From assembly GCA_036172245.1 (NCBI GenBank), contig JAYWIR010000012.1:2976001-3040000 (forward strand): a DNA stretch of 64,000 nt, given 5' to 3'. The DNA comes from Raillietiella orientalis. Taxonomy: Eukaryota. A program made the position numbers and the translations under genes. Below the pieces are notes generated by a model. It saw nothing but the letters and a program-made list of their open reading frames with translations. It did no database searches and was not told where the DNA came from. Positions 49,897-62,299 of the stretch are shown in pieces (position 1 is the first letter of the stretch; the number at the start of each line of letters is the position of its first letter).

Positions 49897-52800
49897 TCAA
49901 TCTAAAGGCAAGGTATGCAATTCCGAAATTACAGATCTGCAATCTAATTGACCATATGTTATCAAAATTTCTAAAAAAGTTGGGATATTCTTGATCTCCA
50001 CAGGAACATCTCGAAGCAGACTACAGTGAAATAAATGGATGAATTGACAGAAATGTCATCTACCTGCTGCTTCTTATGATAAAACCTTTCAGGTATTGCA
50101 TAAAGTAGAATAACATCTGCGTAGCAACACAATTTCGAAATTGTTGCAAAGTGACAACGACACCTGCAGTCAGAGTCATTCCATCTACATGTTCTGTCAA
50201 TTTTGATATCCCTAATTCATTTACATTTCAATAAATGACTTCACTGAAGTCTGATTACCACTTGAATGGGCCCAACGTATTTTAGCCATCTGCAATATCA
50301 GCAGCAAAAATAAGAAGATAGACAAATGTGGCAGTTCAGGTGTGATGATGTAGATCTTCAGTATTGAATCCCATAGACCTACACTTTCTGAATAATCATT
50401 TAATTCTGAAAGCATTTGATTCTCTGGAATCAGTGATGATTCTTGCATATGCCTGGGTGCCTCAAACAAAACTGCACTACAATCCACATTGTTAACTATT
50501 CCTTTAAAAAGCATCTCATACTTATTTAAAGTTCGAACACTCCGAACTAATTCTTGAGATTCACAAGAACTTTGAAGCTGCAATTCTAGGGACAGATGAT
50601 GATTCAGGAGCTGCAGCTGCCCTATGCGTGCAATGTGCTTTAGAAAAATTGAAGATAATTTTCGCATTTTATTGGAGGGACCATTACATAATCGATCTGT
50701 GTGATATCATGAAATACATGTAAATATCTCAGTTAACTTACCAGGAATGACGAGATTATCCAAATCCCTAGATAAGGCAGATAAATGATCAATCAAAAAG
50801 CAATCCTGAAGGGCAGTCTGCAAAAATATCACTAAAGACTGAAATACAGCAGAGTTGATAAAATTTAGAAAAATGGAATTAAACTCAAGCAAACAGCTTA
50901 TAAGACGGAAATGAAAAACTGTAATAATAACAGTCCATAACTTTCCAATGATGACTGACAAGAGTAATAATCAACTGCTGAAGCTCAAAAGCAAGCAATT
51001 ACTTGTTTTTAAATTTCCTACCGACAATTTAAAGTTAATTTTCACTGGAAAAGCACTGACAGATGTACTGCACCTGTAATGAGCCAACTCTGATTGTTGC
51101 TTTCATTTGTGACTCCACACAATTAAGTGAAAGCAAACTGAAAGCATGTAAGAAATATTCCAAAGTATTGTAATCCTATAAAATGTTTCTTCTCTGACTC
51201 ATATGAGCAATGCATTGATAATGGAATGTTTTTGTCAAATTCATTGAAATCAAGGCACGTAATGATATAAACATAATAAATGAAAATGCATGACTGTGAA
51301 AGTTTTAGCTTTCAGGTAAAGGAATGAATAACTTGGTATCAATATCCTTTGCAAAACATCTGAATATTCCAAATCATCAGACAACTTCAATCTCTAGTAT
51401 GCCAAATTCAAAACAAGAAACACAAAACCATTTTAGCACAGTCCGAGATAATGAATTATATGATGTATAGTGACTATTCATCAATTTTTTCTCCAGTAAT
51501 ATTTCATGAAATAACTACGACTAAAAAGATTTTGTAAAACATTCAAACCAGGGTACATTTCTTCAAAAAATAAAAATGCTCGTGTATAAGCTCTGATCAA
51601 TAGTAGTATTACAAAAATAAAATGATTACATGCAATTATCAGATATCAGAAAATGCCTACAAAAATAACTGAGTAAGGGAAAACTTTCACGTATTCAACT
51701 TCCTTACCACCATCAGATGTCAACAGCAATTAGAAAAGCCATAAAAACCTAGCAAACCTTAGAGGTCTGACCTCATCAAAGTATTTTGTAAAGGGTTTAA
51801 AAAAAAAAACAGTCCCACTAATGCTTACATTATCAGCAAATGAGTTTATTAGATAATATTTTTTGGTGATGAGAATGATATCATCTTGCCAAACCATTTA
51901 TTTATCATGAAATCAAAATTTGCAAATAAGCATTACTGCAACACATTTAAAACAGCTTTCCTAAGTATTTTGGTAATTAACAGCTTTTTCTTCACTTTGA
52001 AATTCAATTTTCCTTTATAATTTCTTAAATTAAAAAAGAATAAACAAATTTCATAAATAACTGTACATTGCAAATGCTGTGCTTTATATGGTTCAGATCG
52101 AGTAAAGAAGCAAATGGATCTCAATAACATGAACTTCTTTTAATCAAGCAATGTACTTCATAAATGTTACTGAACTTTGCATAGAAATGATGCTGATAAA
52201 AATTTTTTAATAGCCCTGTACAACACAATTCACATTCATGACCATTCTCCAAATACTTAGTTCTTCCGAAAATATTCAATACAATGGATGACAAATAGTG
52301 CCTTTCACCTGCAATTCCTTGACTAGCATGAATCCGAATAATTTATGAAGACCTTGTAAAATGCTGGGACCCAGACTTTCCCCAAGTTGTTTGAACACTA
52401 CTGAATGAAGAAGTTCTTCTTTGGTTACATGATCACACCAACAGCCTGCTAGCAGCACATGCATACTAAACCTATTTAATAAAAACTCTGGAATAAATAC
52501 ATTATTACCTGGCATCTGTGATTCGAAGAAATTCTGCAACCAAACGACCAACAAAACTTGCAGTTTGGCAAACCGTAGAAGGAAAGGTAGGAATGGGGAT
52601 ATCACAACTTTGGAAATTGCTAGGCCAATCTATTTACTTCATATAATAAGCTGAATATCTTTTGATAGCTCACGTTTATGACATCGATAGAAGTCACATT
52701 CTCGTTCCACATTACATTTCACAATTCTGGCTAATTCTTGCTGCCATAGTCTATGGCCAGATATTCCAAGATAATCTTGAATATATTCCAGTGAATGAGA

Positions 52801-55800
52801 AAAGCCTTTCATTTTCTGAGTTACCAGTTTTAGCTTAGAAATCAAATCTCCATGCTAGAAAACTTATTATTTGAAGCAACATATAGAGCAAGTAACCTTA
52901 TTTTTAGCATCAAAAATCAAAATGGTATTCAATGCAGACGAGACGTTTTGTACTAGCTCCTTTCGGATTCCATCTATGAGTAATTGTTTTGGATCTACCT
53001 GAACTATGCCCATCAGAGTAGTTTTCATTGATAAGACTCCTTGCATCAGAATAGATATATTATGGCTAAGGCGTGTAAGCTTACAGAAAAATAATGAAAA
53101 TATTATCTTCAAATTTTTACTTGGAATCTAGCATCTGATCGAGCAAATTCTTTAGGCAGACTTTTGCCTGCTTGGGATGGCAATTCACATAAAACACTGG
53201 TTTGCAAAACAATAATTTCTTGTAGCAAGCTGAACATGGAATGAGGTATAATATGTAGCACATGTTTTACGTAGCTAACAAGTTGCTCACTGTACAACTG
53301 AGACACAGAAACTAGATCAGAACTATGTGCTTGATTAATACGAAGTAGAGGAAGGTCCAATGCAGAGCTTAGCTACTTTCCAAAAAATAGAACATAATTT
53401 CAACTAAATACAAACCTTTAAAAAAATAGCACGTAACTGTCCTACTATTCCAGGATCTTTTTGAATGCATTGCTGCATGATTACAGTATAAGCATCAATG
53501 AGAATCCAGGCATAACTAAAATCTGATATAATTTGAAGAGCAATCAGCAGTTCCTCTTTCAAATCAATTAAATGCAATAACAACAATAGTTGAGTACGGC
53601 ATTCTTGTAAGAGTTGCTTTACTTGCAAATTTCCATCCAATTGATGAAAAACTGTTTCATTCTCATAGCAGCCAGTGCAATAATACACTTACTTTGTACT
53701 TCATTAAAAGCTTTCAACAGCTGTACAATCTTTTTACTGCTTGATATATCTTCCTGTAAACTTAAAGTATGAAGCTGCTCTCTAATCTGCTTGAACCACA
53801 TAGCCAAACTATCTGTGAAAGCATTAGTCACATAGCAATCACTTACTGGTTTTACCATTTTTTTCCAAAAGCGGAACAACAGTGCTACCTTCAAATAACT
53901 CAAAGAGATGAGTGACATGAGTAATGCTGCTCCTCTGAGCAGTATCCCAATATGAATTGCGGTCTTGAAGAAGATGTTTTAAAATATCTTTTAACTTTAA
54001 TTCTAATAATGCTGTGTTCAACAACAAAAGCAGCACTTTTGAAGGATCATGCAACAAATGAATCTGAACTTGTTCACATTGAGAACGACATTTTCTATTA
54101 TCAGCTGTGCCAAAGCTGTTCATATATGAATGCAACAGAATCCATCGTAGACAGATGTTACACTGACGTAATAAACTTAGCAGCTTTTGATGGTTTTTTA
54201 AAACTGTATTTTCACCTAGAGTACCTTCTGTCAACCAATGCTGAGTTTCTTCAGTCAAAATCTGAATACAAGCAATCACAAGTACATGAAAGACTTCACA
54301 AACTTTCAGCTGCTTCTGAAAATTATCTGCAAGAAAACGGATATTTTCTGAATCAACAGTGTTGAGAAGGGCTTGTCGAGCTGCCTGATATGGCTCCCAA
54401 ACATGAACTAAATTAACAGTCATGCCCATGTACACATTGATCACCTGAAATGTTTTTATTATTGATCAGAAAAACTTTTTATAACATACCCAATTATCTG
54501 GAAAATATTTATCTACAATTTCTCGCATCTTTGCTGTTTGATGATGCAGTACATTAGGATGAAAGTACAAACATACATACAACATGGATGCTTGTGTGCT
54601 TAAAGCAACACTACGATGGTCAGGACAAGGATATATATGTAACTGATGATAAATATCATCTGATCTTAAATGACCTATCACCATTTCCACCAGCATTTTA
54701 TTTACTGGTACTCTCCTAACAAAGATGCAAATTTCAGTATGCAAGAAATATGCAAGCACACTTACGCAAAATAATTTTCAGGATATGCTTGTGGATATCT
54801 ATTACTGACATTTGGGTTGAAACTAGTGGAACGAAACAATTTACACACTTCATCAAAATCACTGCACTTTTGTTTGCTGCTATATTTGTAGAAAGCTACT
54901 AGAAGTCTTTCCCGAATGGTTCCTTCTATCTTCCAATCTGTGAGAAGAAGCATAGTTCCATACAAGAACAGGATTTCACACTAAAATAAGGAAAAATGAT
55001 AGCAGATGGTATTATAGCCCTTCACATTTAAAAGCATCTTGAATTTACCAGCAACTGCTTGCCATCTTTATTAGCAAAGATGGATTCCAGAGACTCATGA
55101 ATGTACATGCCATTTTCCAAATCATTTACTATTCTATTTAAGTCCACAACATACTGGAAGATGCTCTCAAATATTAGATAAAAGCGATTTATGATTTCCA
55201 AATAATTTTCTCTTATTTCTTCATCAACAACCTGAAGAGCCTGAAACAAACCACTGCATAATTTATCTACACATAAAGATGAAATGCTACTTCAATGTTT
55301 CATCTCAAAATTCTTCTAGTTGCAGTTTAAGTTAAAAGCTGTCTGGGTGTGTGCAAGGTTCTAAGGTGTATTTGTTTCTCCTGAAAATGTCACATACTAA
55401 CATACCTCACTTTTTTCAACTTCTTTTTCATACACTTCTAGGTTTGTAAAATACGTGAAATCATGAACGATGCAGCCATATTTCTGTTGCAACTCCTTAT
55501 TGCTTAACCTAAGAGGAAACCGTTTTTGTAAGAAATTCAAGGAGTTTCTGGAGAATATTCATTAAAAAATTCAATAGTGAAGGAGTTTGGTAACAAAACT
55601 TATTGAAGACGAATCCGAGAATCTCCAAATTTGACACTTTAGAGATCACAGACTGCAATGAGATTGAAATGAAACCCAATGACCCGATGCTATTAGATGT
55701 TGCATAGGCCTAAATTGAAATATCCTTACTTTATCACTTCTGGTACGAAATCGCTTAATCTTTTCACTTCGGAAATTATAGCGTTCCCCCTTGCAGATAG

Positions 55801-55851
55801 ATGCAACAATTTCTGACCACATGGGTTTTTCTCAACAAAATTGTCGGTCAT
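49897..55851 (-). CDS. WASHC5: Strumpellin / WASH complex subunit 5, 18 exons, about 1155 aa
   Basis: Exons 55851-55730, 55508-55406, 55240-55049, 54980-54766, 54715-54490, 54444-54304, 54261-53856, 53812-53693, 53651-53416, 53372-53121, 53079-52897, 52854-52674, 52629-52509, 52471-52309, 50838-50742, 50696-50259, 50211-50064, 50020-49897 total 3468 nt in one frame, with all introns GT-AG. Family motifs: [77 protein letters not shown]. Confidence 0.96.
51713..51779 (-). ncRNA. Candidate intronic box C/D snoRNA
   Basis: Lies sense to WASHC5 in its only kilobase-scale intron: C-like TTGATGA (51779-51773), D box CTGA (51716-51713), and an adjacent 16-nt element TAATTGCTGTTGACAT. The C box is imperfect and the terminal stem is weak. 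Confidence 0.25.
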
Positions 55852-56570
55852 GACTTTGAAGAATCACTCGGCATACCAAAACCATCCCAAGGATTTTTCC
55901 CAAGCTCGAACTGAAACGGCATCGGCTAAGAATTTGTTCAGCTGAGGCAATTTTTTCAAATTAAAAATTCATCTTGCGTGAAGTTCCTGTGTTCGTAACT
56001 GTTAAGCATTACTAGCGTTTACTGTTTTGGAGCAAGTTTTACAAATCTAAACAAAACCATTACAAACCATTGGTTTAGTCACCCTGCATCGCCTTAGCTT
56101 TTGCTTTACTGTATCCAAAATGGAGTCCCCTAATTGTACGCGTCAGGTACTCAACTATACATTTCTTTGCATATAATACATATAAAGAGTACACATTTTT
56201 AAATTACCCATGATGAGCAGCCTCGAAGCTGCATATCACACTATTATCCAAGATAGATTTATCGCTTTCTGCAATAACATTCTCGTTAGTAGGAAAGCAG
56301 CTGTGCTGGCCGAGACTTCCTTCAAAAAGAACTTATTGAAAAAAAGATCCTGATTCCAGTGAAGGAATCATTTTCATTCCGTGCATACAATCCATTCGTA
56401 AAATGCAGTCGACTGCTTACATGCGTCCGGAAGCGGCCACCCTGGTTTGTTAGACCCTCAAGTACACTTCTGGGGCTCCCAAGTATATCGTGATACATCG
56501 TGGCCTAGATGATCGGATTAGAATCTGCAACACAGTCTGTAATGTTTCTATCAATCACAATTCCACGAGC

Positions 56571-56609
56571 AGTGTGAAGCAGACGGTATTCTCCCGTCTG
56601 CTTCACACT
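56571..56609. repeat. Perfect 16-bp inverted repeat with a 7-nt loop
   Basis: agtgtgaagcagacgg (56571-56586) - tattctc - ccgtctgcttcacact (56594-56609). Confidence 0.9.
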
Positions 56610-58029
56610 TACACTTTTAGGATGATCTAAGATGACGGTGATAATGTTTCTAACTCTCATTTTTTTTCACGAGGTACACCTTATTCTTGGACCCTTGATT
56701 TTCAGCCTTGTTTCAACGGGGGTTCAAAATGCTCCACAATTTTAGCTAGTAGAATTTATTAAGGAGAAATGTGTGCGATCATAAGAGATTGACCATCAGA
56801 TTACAGATTATTACGAATGATGGCCATTTGCATTCAGTTTTTTTTTTTTTTTTTTGCATCCCATGATTGTTCAGTTTATGAATACATTCTCGAGGAGGCA
56901 TTTAAGTTGCCGAGGAAGCATGCCCTCATGCTAACAACGTAACCCCCATTGAAATGTAAATGAATCAGGGATATCAAAATTAACCAACTTTTCACTGAAT
57001 CTTGTCGGGGTCATGCATTTCAAAAGCCTGAAGACTATGAAGATAGAAAAGAGCTAAAATTCTGTGTTGAAATTCTCACTTCTTTTCTACCTGCTATAAT
57101 TAGTAGCTTAAAACACTAATGGTTACACAAGTGTAGGTTGCCACTGAATGCGAGTGTGCTGGCAACGAGAATCTCGACAAAGTCCTAGGTTCTGGAACGT
57201 TACCTACGCTCCTCAATGTTCTGCTGGAAGCAGGTTTTGTGGTATGCTGGCCTCGGAAGTAGGGGACAGAAATCTTCAAGAATCTTCCCTCTCGTTTTCC
57301 ATGATTTCCCTTGGTTCTATTATAACTCTATCCGTTCATTTAGAAACGGCAACATCGAGTTTTTATCGCCTCATATCTTGTGGGTTATTTTGCAATGAAG
57401 GTGAGCAAAATTCAAGGGATCTCTACAGTGCGTTCAATCTTTGCAGTTTCTTTTGAAAATTCCTACAGGAAATTGGACAGCGGGATACACATGACTGAAT
57501 CCAAGGTTGTGAAACGAGATTTCACTCTTATTTACGCAGAAGGGAACACGATTTCGGTGTCACATGATTTTCTCGTCTATGAAATCTTCATACAAGGTAC
57601 TTACTTTCAGCTAAGCATGGAATATAAAATATTGCATATGAATACATAAATTTTTTCCGCTTGATGTTTCAGGTTCAATTCCAGTGTGCAGGCCCTTGAG
57701 TTCAACACACTGCTCCATCACATGCTTCATTGCTACAGAGAATGGAAATCTGGGGAATAGCTGAAACCGTTTTATCTAAAGAGTCTCCTGTGTACCATTC
57801 CTTACGCCTTTTTTGCTCTGGAAATAGTTCTCTTCTTTCATCTTTAACGACATAATGACATACTCTCATGAAGTGAGAGTGACAAGAGAAGCAAACATTG
57901 CTTCACTGGATTTATGTCTGTTCATTGATGGGATCATAAATGTTAATCTCGTAAAAATTGTTCTCCAAAAGCTTCTGAGCATATCAGCTACTTTCCACGC
58001 TATTAACTGCACTGAATTATACCGTAGGT

Positions 58030-60750
58030 TAAGAGTTTAAACGACCCGGTTGATTTACTAGACTTGTCGGAATGCTGTCGGAACTCCTAGAGAGCAGATT
58101 TTCTTCTTCTTCTTCCTCTTCTTCTCAACATCAGTTCTTGAAGCTCACTGCCATTTATAAAAGTTCGCATTCCGTGCTTCTTCACGGCTGTCTGGTATAG
58201 ATGATCCATCTGGGGTGTAAGTGTTGAGGATCACTGATCCTTACTCAACAAATTTACATCCTTCATTCCAAGTCGATGGCTCCCCAGCATAAGAGCACCT
58301 GGGTTACCATTTTCTGAAGGTACTCTTCCCGTAAAGTTCGAATGATCAAGAAGTAATAATGAAACATAATGTTGCTTTTCGGACAGTACTGTACGTTCTT
58401 CTATTAGCATCATCGATCAATAGTTTCAACATTCCGAGACAAGAAGGCCACTATGCAAGTCGTCAATGCTGTTGAAGATTCCGTGTTGAAATTCTTTGGT
58501 CGAGCATTCGGCAGAGCTTTCTGACTGCCCAAAAAGTCTGCATGCCATTCTGCGATGCTGATCTCTTTCTGAGGTATACTGTTTCCCTCTGAACTAATAC
58601 CAAAGAGGCTGATCGAATCCGTTCTTACAAATTCTAAATGTCGGCACAGAATAACATCTCAATGACGAGGCTCATAGCTTTGAAATAGCCGAATAGTTCT
58701 GAAGTTCTTTATTTCATGATCAGGATGATGGAATCCACGCTCCAGTTGAGTGAGCAGCAGGTACATCTCTTGACTAGGGGATGATGCACTGTCAATGAGA
58801 AAAAATCTTCTGGAATCACATTTATTATTAGAAAAAAAAAAAAGTCGTGTGGAGGACCCGATCTCGATTAAAGCAATAAGCGTGCCGCGTGGGATGTGGT
58901 CTGAATGTATAAAGCGACATGAAGCTTATAGATGTGGCATGACATAACCGTAACGTTGACACCCTAGGAAGGTATATGGTGCGTGTGTCATGCCCTTCCC
59001 TATTCAGCTTTCGTTTTTTGTACGTGCATTAAAAACACTAACGGCCGTTATTTTCATCGCATCAGTTTTCCATTTTCCATGCTTTGAGCATTTGGTTCGG
59101 CAGGGAAATAAACTGCATTTGTGTTCGTTCGCTTAATCTATAATTATGTATTAATTGACGTGCATAATTAAACGGAACGGTTGTTTCGCACCCAGCTGAG
59201 AAACTTGAATCGCCTCGCTTTCACGGAAAGAAAGAAAGAAATTCCAGCGCGGCCGCAGATAGAAATAAATCATGAGCCAAGACAGAGGGAAAGATCAGCT
59301 TTGGCAACCGAGAAGTGCTTTATCCTGAATTCAGAAATCAATTACCTCCCTGAATTGATATTCATCGTTGCGATCGTGTTCTCAGACAAACGTTCATCGG
59401 AAGTCCTCTTCACCACCGACTGCAAGCTCGCGTTATTAATTCTCATCGTCGAGTGCAGAGATTTCCACCAACGCTGCTGCTCCGCGGGCCACACATCTGC
59501 TTGCATCCGAACCTCCAGCACACAGGCGTGCCCCCTTTTGGTCTGCCACCATGCAGGTTCCTGGTTTTCCCTTGTACGTCCAGTACGAAGGGAGGTTATT
59601 CTTGAGCGAAAGATGGCTCTGGATGTTGTCGTTATGTACGCTCCGTGTCGGCTGAGTCGAGACACGTCCTAATCAGACCTCTTTCATCAAGCCAAGTAAT
59701 GAACTCCTCTTTTCCAAGATTGTTCCGAGCATCATTCGATATTTTCGATCTTCTGAATCCCTTGTGAATGGGCACCATCCATTTTGGATTTCTGCCTAAT
59801 GAAACCCGAGCTGTCGTCGATTTGTCCGAGAAGCGGACCATCATCGTAATTTTGCTGCTGTTCTCATCTATCTAGTGTTTGGTGCATCACGTTATCGAAT
59901 CACCTTCACAACCATTTGCACTTCCCAACTAATGCAGCCTAAGAAAATATCTCTACGGAAGAGAAACGTGCTGTTTTGGCAGCTCTACCAAGGTGCTGTT
60001 TCTCAATCTCTTATCCTTTTCTGGATGAGGTCTCACCTTCCGGCTTTAGTCGAAGATGTTAGTAGAGATAGAGTGGATCCGTATCTGCTTCCAGCCACTC
60101 AGGCAATCACATAAAAAAAAAAAAAAGTTTCCTTCTTGTCATTGTTTCAGCAGCAACAATTTTTTTTTTTTTTTTTTTGGAGGGGGGGGGGGTATTTGGG
60201 TGCATATCCCGAGGCCTGAAGGAGAAATATCAAATTTTCCCACAGTGCACCGACCACTATTATGCCTGCAACACCTTTTTCCGCGATGCTTTTCGGTTTG
60301 CCACAGTGCCTTCCTCCGCCTTCGCTCTTGAATGCAATTCCCTGCTACCAGTCACCTGAACTGTTTAGTTCGACGGCTCCTCAAGACTCTGTGAAAAGAT
60401 GGCATCAGGAGGTGACCTCAGCTGACCACCGCGCAGCATGCGATTTCACTGTGCAAACAATCCGCTTCGCCCGTTCGTGAGCGATGGAAGCTGCAGCCAG
60501 TCCAAGTTATCGCCTCTGATGCAAAGAACCTGCTGTTCTCAAGAAGATTTGTTCGAGTTGCGGAAGATGGTGAATCTGGAGTTATGGAGGACCTCTCAAA
60601 CTTCAGCAATTTCCGCAGTGAATATGAGTGACAAAACGAGGCCGAAACAGAGAGATTAACTTCCGTTGAGGCAAAGATGGCCTCCAATCTCCAAACCCTT
60701 CTACGCAATCCCGAGTCTTGTTGCACCCGGTACACTCGTTTCCTCCTCCA
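58030..60750 (-). mobile_element. Highly decayed Gypsy/Ty3-like pol remnant (RT, RNase H, integrase order)
   Basis: On minus, in Gypsy order: RT-like IHKGFRRSKIS (about 59750), RNase H-like NNASLQSVV (about 59420), integrase-like GQSESSAE (about 58515; compare PQSNGxAE) and a C-terminal TYTPDGSS...QPGRL (about 58040-58225). All motifs are degenerate. Confidence 0.45.
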
Positions 60751-61039
60751 AATAGCATTTTTTTTCCCCTTCCTTCGTCGAAAGGTCTGAGGAACGGTTT
60801 CCCAGATACGAAAAACAGCTGTCAGGAATTCCCTCGTGCCATCTCTGTAACGGCAGAACCCTGATATTGCTTTACTAACATTCCTGAAGTGTCCAGGGGG
60901 ATCTCGAAAACTTCGTTAGCCTGTTTGCCACCTCGCTGACGGGAGTCCTGTTGAGGAAAGTCGATTTTTTCCTCCGGCATACCTCGAAAATATTGATTTC
61001 TTCATTTTCTGAAGTAAACGAAGGAATGAACCTTTCTAT

Positions 61040-62000
61040 TTATATGGAGGTGCAATTAACAACGCCCTTGAAATGCAATTAAAGTGGGTTTCAGCGCACA
61101 AGGATCTACGCTGCGTCGATGGTGTCGAATACGAAACATAAAACAAACAGCGGGGAACAACGGGAGTCTGAATACAAGCAAATAAGGAAGTTGCAGGAAC
61201 ACATATGGATAAAAATAAAGGCACACACGGAGCCCCCCCTTCCGAGCTGTTCCTGCTGCAAACCTCGAACGGAAGCTACCGGTGCAGCGCAACACCAGCG
61301 GCGGTCCCCTTGCGTCCACCCCACTGAAGCACACACAGGGATGACCTCTCGGAGCCCTCACCTCGGACGAGAGCTGCGGGTTGCCAGATCGCAAGCCCGC
61401 GCCAGAATTTTCCCTCCTGCGGGTCTCGAAGGCCGAATGGCGCCCGAACCGTGCCTACGGACGGGCCAGAAGAAGAACTTGATGAGCGGAACCTCGCCTG
61501 CTCGGAGTCCGCTCTGGGAGCTGCCGATTACGTGGGTTCGAAGCCGTGGGTTCTTAAAATAACCGTCTTTGCTCGGACGGCGTGCTGCGTGCAAGGATTT
61601 CTTACGTCACTTGTGATGCGTGAGCCCACTTTTACGCAACGAGGAAGCGCTGCCTACTCTGCTCCTAGTACCCAATTCCCCGGAGTTTCCAGTCGAGGAA
61701 ACGGGACGACTCCTCGCTGGGAACCCCGGAATCGGATGCGTATCGAGGGAGGGTCCATTCAAGAGCCTGCCAGAGGTTCGCGCCAGCCTTGAAGCCTTCG
61801 CGTAGCAACCGTCGCCACGTTTCGACAGGGACACGTCCCGAGAACGGTGCTCAGGAAAGGAAGGCGAAGAGGTAGCACGCGAGAGTGATTCCACGCGTGG
61901 GGCCACCATTTGATGGATGCCGGGTTTATGCGCCCAAGCCAATGTTTAGCTTCGTGGACGAGTGTGTACGGGTGGAACTGGATGGAAAATCTCTCCGATC
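61040..62000 (-). mobile_element. 3' fragment of an L1/Tx1-like element interrupting the Gypsy remnant
   Basis: GC-rich block with RFLDWKLRG (about 61680-61705; compare tttcctcgactgg at 17607) followed on minus by a T-rich UTR-like tract (61130-61220). Confidence 0.45.
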
Positions 62001-62299
62001 ACCTCCGTGTTTGCTGAGTGCATTTCCGCTCAGAGATTGTGAACTGATGACAAATTAGCAGCTCGGGTAATCTGTAAACAAGACAGCTGCGTTCCACCTA
62101 AGCATTCAATGCCTAATTTTAGAAAACATCTTCAAATAGAGGTGAGGGGAGGTTTCATCCTTCACGATCCGTAGCATGCATTCTTGAGCGCGCGCAAAAA
62201 AGATGGGATCGAAAGGTGTTTTCGTGTTCCCATCTCCCTCCCTCTTTTTGTTTTTTTTCTCTTGCGGAGGGGGCGAGGAGGTCTCATCTCCTCCTACAG

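Noticed and set aside
49850..49960. WASHC5-orphan fusion protein by readthrough or splicing
   Set aside because: Readthrough meets further stops, and removing the 47-nt spacer leaves the ATG out of frame. An in-frame fusion needs a weak GTCAAT donor that would truncate the conserved strumpellin C-terminus. It is not fully excluded without RNA data.
53952..54365. 137-aa plus-strand ORF
   Set aside because: Antisense to WASHC5 exons with no independent support.
56000..58000. Divergent gene upstream of WASHC5
   Set aside because: Only short ORFs without recognisable similarity or a consistent exon chain; the region is left unannotated.
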